From: a virus | Taxonomy: Duplodnaviria > Caudoviricetes | Direction: 5' to 3' (one strand) | Virus record (IMG/VR): IMGVR_UViG_3300038829_000142 | Span: 1 to 41,852 of that record | DNA: 41,852 bases | Part shown: in pieces, positions 34,540 to 41,852 of the stretch | How the letters are laid out: every line of letters starts with the position of its first letter | Position numbering within the stretch: the first letter of the stretch is position 1 | Made by a program: the position numbers and the translations under genes | The notes under the pieces: generated by a model | Database searches by the model: none | The model's input: the letters and a program-made list of their open reading frames with translations, nothing else | Told to the model about the DNA's origin: nothing

Positions 34540-36305
34540 GTTTTCCCCACCCTCACCTCAGCGACTAGGGGCACTGCCAACGGGTAGGCGCCCTCCATAG
34601 CTACCTTGAGCACGTTGACCGCATGCGGGACACAGTCATCCTGCACCTCAAGCGTAAGCTCGTCATGCACCTGACATACGATGTCAGTACGGGTGTCAAT
34701 ACGCTCCGCTACTCGCAGCATGGCGAGCTTCATGACATCGGCCGCGCTGCCCTGAATCACAGCGTTGAACGCTTGCCGTTCCGACCCAAAACGTGCATAC
34801 ATATTACCACTATTGGCGATATCTGGCAAGTAGCGCCGGTGCCCCATGAGGGTGCGGACATAGCCTAGACCCTCTGAGGCAGCCCGAGCACGTGCGGCCT
34901 GAAGTACCTGCTTCCGTAGCAGGGGCACCTCAGGATAGGCTTTCTCGTAGAGCTGGATAAACTCTAGAGCCTCATCCTCAGAGACCCCGATGGTCTTTGC
35001 TAGCTTCTTAGGGCCCGCCCCGTAGACATAGGCAAAGTTGATGGTTTTGGCCTGATTACGGTCGCAGCCCACGAGGTTCGCGGTCTTTTGGTGGATGTCT
35101 TCGTTGTTGATGTAGGCATCTCGTAAGGCACCAGGTCCCGCGAAGTGTGCCATCACCCGGAGTTCAATCTGACTGAAATCCGCAGCCACGAAGCTGTATC
35201 CATCGGCAGGTATAAAACAACTCTTGACGCGGCGCCCCAGTTCAGAACGCACGGGTATCTGCATGAGGTTAGGACTGGCCATGGAAATCCGCCCAGTGGC
35301 CGTGCCATGCTGTAGGATGCTGGGTCGCAAGCGACAATCTTTATATTGCACCGCCTTCTCAAGCAAACTATGCGTGTATGTGTTGAGGTTCTTCGATAGC
35401 TCCTGGCACTCTTGCCGAATCTTGGCGAGCCTGTGCCCCAGGGAGTTCTCAGGAAGAGACAGCAGAACTGTTTTTACTGCCTCCTTGTCCGTGCTTAGTC
35501 CGGTCTTAGTCTTAGCGATGTTCTTACTGGGCCAGGTCCCGAGCTTATATAGCTCCTGAATCTGCTTGGGGGAGCTCATGCTATAGGGGCACATACCGGC
35601 CCACTGGGATTGCAGGGCCTGCACCCGTGCTTCAAGGTCCACGCGTAGTGTGGTTAGGCCATCAAGCGAGAGGCGCATCCCCTTCCGCTCCATGGCGTAG
35701 TACAGGGGCAGGATACGCATCTCAAAGGCAAAGGGGTCCTTGACCCAATCTACGGTGCCAAAGGTCAGCCCCAGCTTGAGAGCGTAGTAGGCATCGGCAC
35801 AGGCATACTCATAGCCCTCCTCTGGGTCTACCTTGTCCCAGGTCCGGCCCTTAGTAACGTCTTTGAAACTAGGGAGGTCAACTTGGAAATGTTCCTTGAC
35901 TAGCCCCTTGAGACCATAGCGCCCCTTGGCATCCCCCTTCTGCAGGAGCCACATCAGGAGCATGGAGTCCTGCATGTGCTTGGGGCGCCAGCCGCTAGCC
36001 CAATGTTCATGCTTCCAGTTGTGTGCCCACACAGGTCCCTGGGGATTGGACAGGGGCCGCCGCTGTGCCTTCCAGCCGTGCTCATGGCCTAGGGGTAGGT
36101 AGTAGCAAATGCCATCCTGAAAGGCGAAGCTAGCCCCAGTAAGCTCCGCATCGGTCATGCGCAACATCTTGGCACCTACCTGTACAGGACCATGGGACTC
36201 AGTATCAAATCCGATAGCCTCGGTAGTAGTTCGAAGGCGGTGCAGGAGGTCGCCATACCTGCCGTCACTGTCTATTAGCATTGGACGCATGGGTGCTAGG
36301 CTCAT
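34521..36305 (-). CDS. polA: Family A DNA polymerase (3'-5' exonuclease plus polymerase, no 5'-3' exonuclease)
   Basis: FDTE, YACAD, TGR, DFSQIELR, AKTINF..VYG and VHDEL motifs. Confidence 0.95.
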   Translation of the reverse strand: MSLAPMRPMLIDSDGRYGDLLHRLRTTTEAIGFDTESHGPVQVGAKMLRMTDAELTGASFAFQDGICYYLPLGHEHGWKAQRRPLSNPQGPVWAHNWKHEHWASGWRPKHMQDSMLLMWLLQKGDAKGRYGLKGLVKEHFQVDLPSFKDVTKGRTWDKVDPEEGYEYACADAYYALKLGLTFGTVDWVKDPFAFEMRILPLYYAMERKGMRLSLDGLTTLRVDLEARVQALQSQWAGMCPYSMSSPKQIQELYKLGTWPSKNIAKTKTGLSTDKEAVKTVLLSLPENSLGHRLAKIRQECQELSKNLNTYTHSLLEKAVQYKDCRLRPSILQHGTATGRISMASPNLMQIPVRSELGRRVKSCFIPADGYSFVAADFSQIELRVMAHFAGPGALRDAYINNEDIHQKTANLVGCDRNQAKTINFAYVYGAGPKKLAKTIGVSEDEALEFIQLYEKAYPEVPLLRKQVLQAARARAASEGLGYVRTLMGHRRYLPDIANSGNMYARFGSERQAFNAVIQGSAADVMKLAMLRVAERIDTRTDIVCQVHDELTLEVQDDCVPHAVNVLKVAMEGAYPLAVPLVAEVRVGKTWNDCK

Positions 36306-36811
36306 GTTTCCCTCCAAATAGCCTCAAGGAACATGGACTCTGCTACACTGGGGGCTAGTCCCTCGGGTCTTTGGTATACAGTCGGAGCCACTCCGCCCGG
36401 AAGATGGGCCCCAGGGAAGACATGCCGAAACTCCAGAATCAGTGCCTGCTTGTCTGCAGCTGTGACCTCGGGGGTGTGCTCTGAGGGTAGGCAGTACTTT
36501 GCTCGGATAGCCTGGTCCACCTTGGTTTCAAGAGCCTGGTAGTCAGGGAGTAGAGCCTTGAGGGGGCTCACGATGTCCCCTAGGTACGCCTCAGCCGCAT
36601 CGTGCAGCAGTGCCTCAAGTCGAAACTGGTGGGGCACTAGACTCGCCACCACCATAGAATGCTCAGCGACTGAGTAAAACTGACTGTGTCCGTTGAACCT
36701 GCACTGCATGCTTAGTGCATGCGCGATATCCGGCATGCAGATGTCTGCTGCTGTGAACTTCTGGAAGTCAAACTTTTTCCCCGTGTACGTTTGTATCCAC
36801 GTTGTCCCCAT
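36302..36811 (-). CDS. HD-domain phosphohydrolase (5'-deoxynucleotidase-like)
   Basis: DIAHALS..CRFNGH, YSVAEHS, LLHDAAEAY.GD. Confidence 0.9.
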   Translation of the reverse strand: MGTTWIQTYTGKKFDFQKFTAADICMPDIAHALSMQCRFNGHSQFYSVAEHSMVVASLVPHQFRLEALLHDAAEAYLGDIVSPLKALLPDYQALETKVDQAIRAKYCLPSEHTPEVTAADKQALILEFRHVFPGAHLPGGVAPTVYQRPEGLAPSVAESMFLEAIWRET

Positions 36812-37082
36812 ATCTCCCCAGTTCTATTAGAAATAGAATAGATGCCCCTGCATGCGCTAGATGCGAGAACCCCGATTCTGCATCCAGCTCTTCCCCACGC
36901 CACCAGGCCCATAGGTGCCGCATAGCTGCTGCAAAATAGCGCCTACGTGGTGTAGTGACCTTGAGCCAACCATTGTCTGAGTACTTCTTGGCACCGAATC
37001 CTAGGACCTCTACGACCTCTGCGAGTGCTCGTGTAGGTATAAGGTCATACCGCAACTTCTCGGTGTCGTGCTTCTCGGTCAT
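36768..37082 (-). CDS. dATP/dGTP diphosphohydrolase domain protein (DUF5664-like)
   Basis: KLRYDLIP, GAKKY..NGW, AAMRHL, D.ESG..HLAHA. Confidence 0.88.
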   Translation of the reverse strand: MTEKHDTEKLRYDLIPTRALAEVVEVLGFGAKKYSDNGWLKVTTPRRRYFAAAMRHLWAWWRGEELDAESGFSHLAHAGASILFLIELGRYGDNVDTNVHGEKV

Positions 37083-37325
37083 CTACTCTTCGCCGAGTGG
37101 CACCACATGGATTTTCAGGTCATTCAGCGCCTTGCTGATGGCACTTAGCGTAGGCTCTGCGTTTAGCCCACACAGTGCAAAGGATAGCGCAGACAGCTCA
37201 TCCACAACTTCTAGGGCTTCCTCCCTGGGAAGCGTACCCCTAACCAAAGCGCCGCTGTTGAGCGCCAGGCATGCGAGATTTAGATCTGGTAGAATGGCAA
37301 CTAAAGCGGCGTGTTTATGGGACAT
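37083..37325 (-). CDS. Hypothetical protein
   Basis: Operon packing. Confidence 0.55.
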   Translation of the reverse strand: MSHKHAALVAILPDLNLACLALNSGALVRGTLPREEALEVVDELSALSFALCGLNAEPTLSAISKALNDLKIHVVPLGEE

Positions 37326-37381
37326 AGGGAAACCCCGGTTTTGTCAACAGACCGGGAAACTGGTTGAAAGGAGGCGCAAAA

Positions 37382-37828
37382 TCAGAACTGGATGTCAGCA
37401 GGAACCTCAGGAGACTGCGGAAAGGTATTCACGTCCTGTGTCTCCTTCTTGGCTGCATGCTCTTCAGCGGTAAGGTTCTTCTGCATGTTGATGTAGAAGT
37501 TAGAAGCCAGGGCAAAAAGGCGGTTAGGCTTCTCACCGGAGACAGGTGCCACCGGGGTCACACGGAAGCCAAACTCGGAGGGTGTGATGGTGGCCACAAT
37601 GGCCTTTTGCTGGCGATTGGCGATGAGCACCTGTGTGAGGGTGCCAGCCTTGATGTCAATGTTGAACCAGAAGCTATCGGCCAACTCCTTGAAAATAGGA
37701 GTTTCCCACTGGTTCTCTACCTTGGACCAGGAGAGGGAGAGCCTGCCGCTGTTCTCCCACACGGTGCCTACTTTGGTAGTAACTTTGGTGTCTTTGTTGG
37801 TTGCTGTGATTCTGTATGGTGGTGCCAT
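37382..37828 (-). CDS. Putative ssDNA-binding protein
   Basis: Follows ERF; KVGTVWEN OB-like strand; SSB-like C-terminal DIQF. Confidence 0.5.
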   Translation of the reverse strand: MAPPYRITATNKDTKVTTKVGTVWENSGRLSLSWSKVENQWETPIFKELADSFWFNIDIKAGTLTQVLIANRQQKAIVATITPSEFGFRVTPVAPVSGEKPNRLFALASNFYINMQKNLTAEEHAAKKETQDVNTFPQSPEVPADIQF

Positions 37829-37829
37829 G

Positions 37830-38432
37830 TTATTCTCCTGGGGCGCTTTCTACCGCAGTTAGGATAGTATCTCGGGTCTGATATGCCCGGACCAGGTCAT
37901 CGTACTCGGGAGCACCCCTAAGTGTCAATACCATATTGCGTACTGCTGTAAGTTGAACCTTAGATTTGGCGCGAGCGATGGCCGCGTGTACGGTTTCAGG
38001 CTTGATCGGAGCCACAGGCGCATCCGTGCTCTCATCTGCCTCAGGGTCATCCCCAAAGGTGATAAGTCCCAGGCCCTTGTAGGCGTACTTGACCGCCGAA
38101 GCCATCGACTTCATTGAGCCCTTATCGCCCCGGTCACAGCCCTCGCCCATGCCCTCAAAGTAATAAATCTCATCCCCGCAACCCACACCTACCTTGATGC
38201 GGCACTGAGTGTGACTCATGTCCCCCACAATCCAGCGAGACACGTCCACAATCTGCTGTGAAACGAGACACAAGCTAAACATCTCCAGCCCCTCGCTTAC
38301 CGCAGTGGTCACGTCCTCCACTGTGGCAAACTTGTACTTGAAATGAGTATTGGTGCCACTCTTTCGCACAAATGCGATGTGCCTACGAAACTTGTTGAGC
38401 CTCTCCTGCACGTCTGTCAGTTGCTTTGTCAT
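37830..38432 (-). CDS. erf: ERF-family single-strand annealing protein
   Basis: N.HFKYKF..VEDV; GEG.D.GDKG..K....A.KYA; DDPEAD. Confidence 0.88.
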   Translation of the reverse strand: MTKQLTDVQERLNKFRRHIAFVRKSGTNTHFKYKFATVEDVTTAVSEGLEMFSLCLVSQQIVDVSRWIVGDMSHTQCRIKVGVGCGDEIYYFEGMGEGCDRGDKGSMKSMASAVKYAYKGLGLITFGDDPEADESTDAPVAPIKPETVHAAIARAKSKVQLTAVRNMVLTLRGAPEYDDLVRAYQTRDTILTAVESAPGE

Positions 38433-39097
38433 ACGGAACCCCTTTCTTGGTTTACTTCTGCCATAAACTCCCTAGCAGCATCTTGCATCTCTTGTGCCAG
38501 CTCAGCATCAAACTCTAGCACATGACAAATCATGTCCGCTGCACCTAGCCTACAAGCCACCACACACCAGGTCAATCCTGTGACAAACATCTGAGCCTGA
38601 GCCTGGTAGAGGTAGTATGTGGGCACACCCTTGGCCCATTCCTTGGCACGGTAAGCCTCGGTCTGTTTCATCTCCACAAGCCCCAGGGGCCTGCGTGTAT
38701 CCACGTGGGTCACCCACTTCAGCTGGTCCCCTAGCATGCGGTAGGCTGGGCTCCAGCAGGGTTCTAGAGGTGCCCTGGGGTTCTCTGTGGTCAGGAAGCC
38801 GTCTATCGTGGCCCCGAGCTCCCCTCGCACCCAGAACCTGTTGGTGCCCCTCGTACGCAGCCCTGTGAGCTTGGTAAAAGCCTCCATGTTGGACTTCTCC
38901 GAGTGAGAGCCCCACCACATATGCCGGGACACAATGGGCACGTCTGGTGCCAGCTTCTCGGCTAGGAGCGCTTCCCGTGTCTTCCAGGGGGAGAGACCCA
39001 TCACCACGGCTATCTCCGAGCCTGTGACCACCTTCTTGCGCTCACTAAGCCACTGCGGGTCACTGGCCCTGCACACGTAGCGGCGGGGCTCAGTCAT
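38429..39097 (-). CDS. YqaJ/lambda-exonuclease-like recombination nuclease
   Basis: WL..RK..VTGSE...VMG.SPWKT, ATIDG, EMK, YLYQAQAQM. Confidence 0.9.
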   Translation of the reverse strand: MTEPRRYVCRASDPQWLSERKKVVTGSEIAVVMGLSPWKTREALLAEKLAPDVPIVSRHMWWGSHSEKSNMEAFTKLTGLRTRGTNRFWVRGELGATIDGFLTTENPRAPLEPCWSPAYRMLGDQLKWVTHVDTRRPLGLVEMKQTEAYRAKEWAKGVPTYYLYQAQAQMFVTGLTWCVVACRLGAADMICHVLEFDAELAQEMQDAAREFMAEVNQERGSV

Positions 39098-39299
39098 ATT
39101 TCCCAGCCTCCTCAGGAAAGCTAAAGTACTCGCAGATAGCACTCAGCACCTGGTTCTCCATGTGCGAGATAATGTCCTCCTGACTGGGCTTATCCTGGTG
39201 CTTGTAGGCTCGCCTCATGCCATGGGAGACACCCTCCTCCACAGCTCGACATAGCACCTCGTATGTCTTTATTGTGAGTACGTTTCTCTTCTTGGTCAT
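39090..39299 (-). CDS. Hypothetical phage protein
   Basis: AVEEGV..G.RRAYKH motif; AGGAG RBS. Confidence 0.7.
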   Translation of the reverse strand: MTKKRNVLTIKTYEVLCRAVEEGVSHGMRRAYKHQDKPSQEDIISHMENQVLSAICEYFSFPEEAGKYD

Positions 39300-39544
39300 G
39301 CTGACATCTCCTGCATGTGCTTGGGGTGAACACAGCTCATCCTACCACAGGTGTTCAGCAGCTTAGCCTCTGGCTTGCCCCCACACCGGGCATACGCAAC
39401 CTTCCTAGCCTCCACCCAAGCCCCACCCTCATTCCAGAGGCCAAGGCCATCTGCGTTCACCACTCCACCCCACCACCAGTGTCCCTTGGTCTTTCTCACC
39501 TTGGACCAGAATGCTGCGGTAACCTTTACTGTTCTGTCCATCAC
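39296..39544 (-). CDS. Degenerate HNH-endonuclease-like protein
   Basis: FWSKV..HWWWGG..G.G..ARKVAY..NTCGRMSCVHPKHM. Confidence 0.6.
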   Translation of the reverse strand: MMDRTVKVTAAFWSKVRKTKGHWWWGGVVNADGLGLWNEGGAWVEARKVAYARCGGKPEAKLLNTCGRMSCVHPKHMQEMSA

Positions 39545-39786
39545 TCCCCCTTTAGACGAGACTCCGGATGTCCCGATAAAGTATATCAGGTACTTAACAC
39601 AGATACTAGTTACTAACTAGAGCTAGTTGAGAGTCGGGTTCTTACCAACTAGCTGGTAGTTCATTCACCAGCGCTAGGTGTAGCGTGGGGATTGTGTGCC
39701 CTGGTCGGAGTACAGCCAGTTGTTTATGGCCACTTAGCATCCCTTTGCTCTACCAACTCAGAGACCTAGCCCCTTGAGTCCTAGGT

Positions 39787-39815
39787 AAGATAACTTATTT
39801 GGGTCTGGAGGTCAA
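39787..39815 (-). promoter_or_regulatory. Sigma70 promoter for the replication/recombination operon
   Basis: TTGACC-N17-TATCTT. Confidence 0.6.
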
Positions 39816-39821
39816 TAGGGG

Positions 39822-39851
39822 TTGACGTAGGTGGGACACCTTTGTTAGTGT
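39822..39851 (+). promoter_or_regulatory. Sigma70 promoter, divergent, possibly giving a leaderless transcript
   Basis: TTGACG-N18-TAGTGT with TGn; predicted TSS near ATG 39858. Confidence 0.45.
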
Positions 39852-39857
39852 GTAGGT

Positions 39858-40103
39858 ATGGGTCAGTGGGAGAGTAGATTCGAGGTCATAGAGAGCATTA
39901 CCACCCGGTCCACAGAGCTTCTTGAGAGGTTAGATACTCTCAGGACTCTGTTTCTAGGACCTAAAAACAAGGGGTTTAGGGCAGATATCTCGGATATCAT
40001 TGTGGACCTTGAGCGTGTGGATACACGACTAGAGGAATTATATAATGACCTCACGGGCACTGCAGGGGAAGAGCTGGACCTTTGGAAGGGGAATAGGGCA
40101 TGA
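39858..40103 (+). CDS. Hypothetical helical protein
   Basis: First gene of the + operon; ATGA coupling. Confidence 0.7.
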   Translation: MGQWESRFEVIESITTRSTELLERLDTLRTLFLGPKNKGFRADISDIIVDLERVDTRLEELYNDLTGTAGEELDLWKGNRA

Positions 40104-40309
40104 CCTATCCTACTGGGGTTTGTGTCCTTTGTGGTGAAGATAGGGCTAAGAACCTAGACCCTGTTACAGTTCTCTTAAGGCTAGAGAAGGACTCTGGGCC
40201 CGGCGAGGGAGTCAAGCACACTCTGGGCACCTTCTGCTCGAGCTGTATGAAGAAGTACGCTAGACACCCTTACTTTGATGTGTGGTGGACAAGTAGGATT
40301 ACACCTTGA
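40100..40309 (+). CDS. Small Zn-finger protein
   Basis: CVLC...FCSSC. Confidence 0.65.
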   Translation: MTYPTGVCVLCGEDRAKNLDPVTVLLRLEKDSGPGEGVKHTLGTFCSSCMKKYARHPYFDVWWTSRITP

Positions 40310-41142
40310 CCCCCCTCTCCCTGGGGCAGTCGGCTAGAGAAGCCATTGAGGTCTTTCGGTGTTTCGAGGATGGGGCACCCGACCTAGTGCCCACTGGCAT
40401 GGGTGCCGTGGATAGGGTACTAGGGGGCCTCTTCCCAGGCAGTGCAGGGATACTTGCTGCAGCTACGGGTGTGGGTAAGTCCAGCATTATCCTAAGTTCA
40501 GCGTTGACAAATCCGGCACATGTCGGTATTATCAGCACAGAAGATACCCCAGACGTACTTGGGAGTAGGGCACTTGCTTATGAATCGGGTGTGGATAGTT
40601 TGCGCATACGTACTAAGGCGTTTTCTGAAGTGGAGAGGGAGAAGCTAAGAGATGCCGAGTGCACCCTTCAAGGTCGGAGTAATGTACACGTTGCTTACTG
40701 CGTTGGTTCGCCTCTGGATGAGATTGTGGATGCGATACATTCGCTCGCAAAAGCTGGCTGCAGGCTCATCTGGCTTGACTACATCCAAAAGGTCCGAGGA
40801 GTGCGCGAAGACCGCCGAAACGAAGTGGCTGGAGTCTTTACAACCGCGCAACGCGAGTGCTCCAGGGCCGGAGCAGCGCTCATGGCGGTAAGCCAGTTTG
40901 CACGGCAAGCAGACCCTACTCGCCCACCCCAGATATGGTGGCTAAAGGAATCGGGAGACCTTGAGAACGAGGCTCGATTGATTCTCCTAGCCTCACGAGA
41001 CAATGTAGAGCCCAACAGGCTCAATGTGTGTGTAGCGAAGAGCACCTTCGGTGGTGAGGGGCTAGCGTTTAGCTATGTGCGGGATGCTTCTGGCACATTG
41101 CGAGAAGAGACCTCAGCCTCTTACGCTGGGGCGGTGTTCTGA
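40306..41142 (+). CDS. DnaB-like helicase, ATPase domain only
   Basis: PTG...DRVLGG, AATGVGKS, STED, DYIQ, SQFAR and LKESGDLENEA motifs. Confidence 0.9.
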   Translation: MTPLSLGQSAREAIEVFRCFEDGAPDLVPTGMGAVDRVLGGLFPGSAGILAAATGVGKSSIILSSALTNPAHVGIISTEDTPDVLGSRALAYESGVDSLRIRTKAFSEVEREKLRDAECTLQGRSNVHVAYCVGSPLDEIVDAIHSLAKAGCRLIWLDYIQKVRGVREDRRNEVAGVFTTAQRECSRAGAALMAVSQFARQADPTRPPQIWWLKESGDLENEARLILLASRDNVEPNRLNVCVAKSTFGGEGLAFSYVRDASGTLREETSASYAGAVF

Positions 41143-41354
41143 TGGAGATTCACTCTTCCTGCTTGATGTGTCGCTCTGAAGTCAAGTTGGATCTACCCCA
41201 AGATCCTGGGGTGGAGCGCTTTATTGGGGTGGCGCATGTGTGCCAGTATTGTGCCTCACGTTTTGCTCAGCGCTACATCAAGGCTGTGAATGACAGCATA
41301 GGGGACACCCTGCGTGCCGCACGAGAGGTCGCCATGAAGGGCGAAACCAAATGA
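41142..41354 (+). CDS. Small Zn-finger protein
   Basis: CLMC...VCQYC; TGATG coupling. Confidence 0.65.
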   Translation: MEIHSSCLMCRSEVKLDLPQDPGVERFIGVAHVCQYCASRFAQRYIKAVNDSIGDTLRAAREVAMKGETK

Positions 41355-41578
41355 AACAGGATTCTCTCCTGTACTTTCAGGCACGTATTGCTGAGCTGCG
41401 AAGGGAGGGTGCTGCTGTGGCCAAGGTGAAGACCAAGAACGGTGTCAAGACAGTGTGGCTGTTCAAGGACTACATAGATGTGATGTCGAAGACTGGGGAC
41501 TGTGAGACCTTTCGCACGGATGAAGCAGCTGCCGCTTACATCTATGCGCAGTGTACAACAGGCATGGGGAGTGACTAA
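41351..41578 (+). CDS. Hypothetical protein
   Basis: ATGA coupling. Confidence 0.65.
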   Translation: MKQDSLLYFQARIAELRREGAAVAKVKTKNGVKTVWLFKDYIDVMSKTGDCETFRTDEAAAAYIYAQCTTGMGSD

Positions 41579-41757
41579 TGAACTTGAAGAACACGAAGGT
41601 GTTGTACGATTGCGATGGCTGTGGTCTTTTGGCCCACAGCGTGGATTCTGTTATTTGGGATGATAACCAGCCTGTAGGCTGGACCTATGTCCTAGGTAAG
41701 GTCCTGTGCCCTGAGTGCCTGGCTGAGGTGCAGCAGTTCCTAGTGCACATGGAGTAG
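41578..41757 (+). CDS. 59-aa Zn-finger protein running into the terminal repeat (not in ORF track)
   Basis: CDGC...PVGW...LCPEC; TAATG coupling. Confidence 0.7.
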   Translation: MNLKNTKVLYDCDGCGLLAHSVDSVIWDDNQPVGWTYVLGKVLCPECLAEVQQFLVHME

Positions 41758-41852
41758 CTGATGTGGGGCATGATCTTCTTGGGGGTGTTGGAGGTCTACG
41801 GGATGGTGAGTGCCATTGTGGGCACTGTGCTCCTGTGCCGATGGTTTGGGGT
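41694..41852. repeat. Terminal direct repeat, right copy
   Basis: Matches 1-159 at 158/159. Confidence 0.97.

Noticed and set aside
34521-37082. 2-aminoadenine (dZ) genome
   Set aside because: No PurZ-like ORF seen
1-41852. Genome-wide stop-codon reassignment (TAG)
   Set aside because: Large conserved genes are intact in code 11, and several TAG stops abut or overlap the next start
1-41852. Prophage/temperate module
   Set aside because: No integrase, partition or CI-like repressor recognised; no host flanks
1-41852. Apparent abundance of CTAG
   Set aside because: Impression only; could not be counted reliably by eye

Overview
The window is an apparently complete, circularly assembled ~41.7-kb tailed-phage genome. 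Positions 1-159 repeat at 41694-41852 with one mismatch. The architecture is podovirus-like and probably lytic: I saw no integrase, repressor, tape measure or sheath gene. Modules: (i) + strand 39.9 kb through the junction to 5 kb: truncated DnaB, Holliday resolvase, metallophosphoesterase, FliA-like multi-HTH sigma protein, Maf/DUF115 glycosyltransferase, HslV-like Ntn protease; (ii) - strand late operon 27.6 to 5.0 kb: HNH, TerS candidate, GNAT, TerL, portal, scaffold, major capsid, adaptor/nozzle and ejection proteins, lysis cassette with a trypsin-like lipoprotein; (iii) + strand small early genes 28.8-31.9 kb behind sigma54-type promoters; (iv) - strand replication/recombination operon 39.5 to 32 kb: YqaJ, ERF, SSB-like, dATP/dGTP diphosphohydrolase, HD hydrolase, PolA, CgeB-like glycosyltransferase. 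The best candidate for a new system is a flagellin-type (Maf plus CgeB-like) protein O-glycosylation toolkit paired with strikingly Thr-rich, acid-poor outer virion proteins, suggesting a glycan-coated virion. The second is a promoter-bearing, highly structured ~200-nt antisense RNA between terL and portal. All calls come from motif recognition and gene order; no searches were run.
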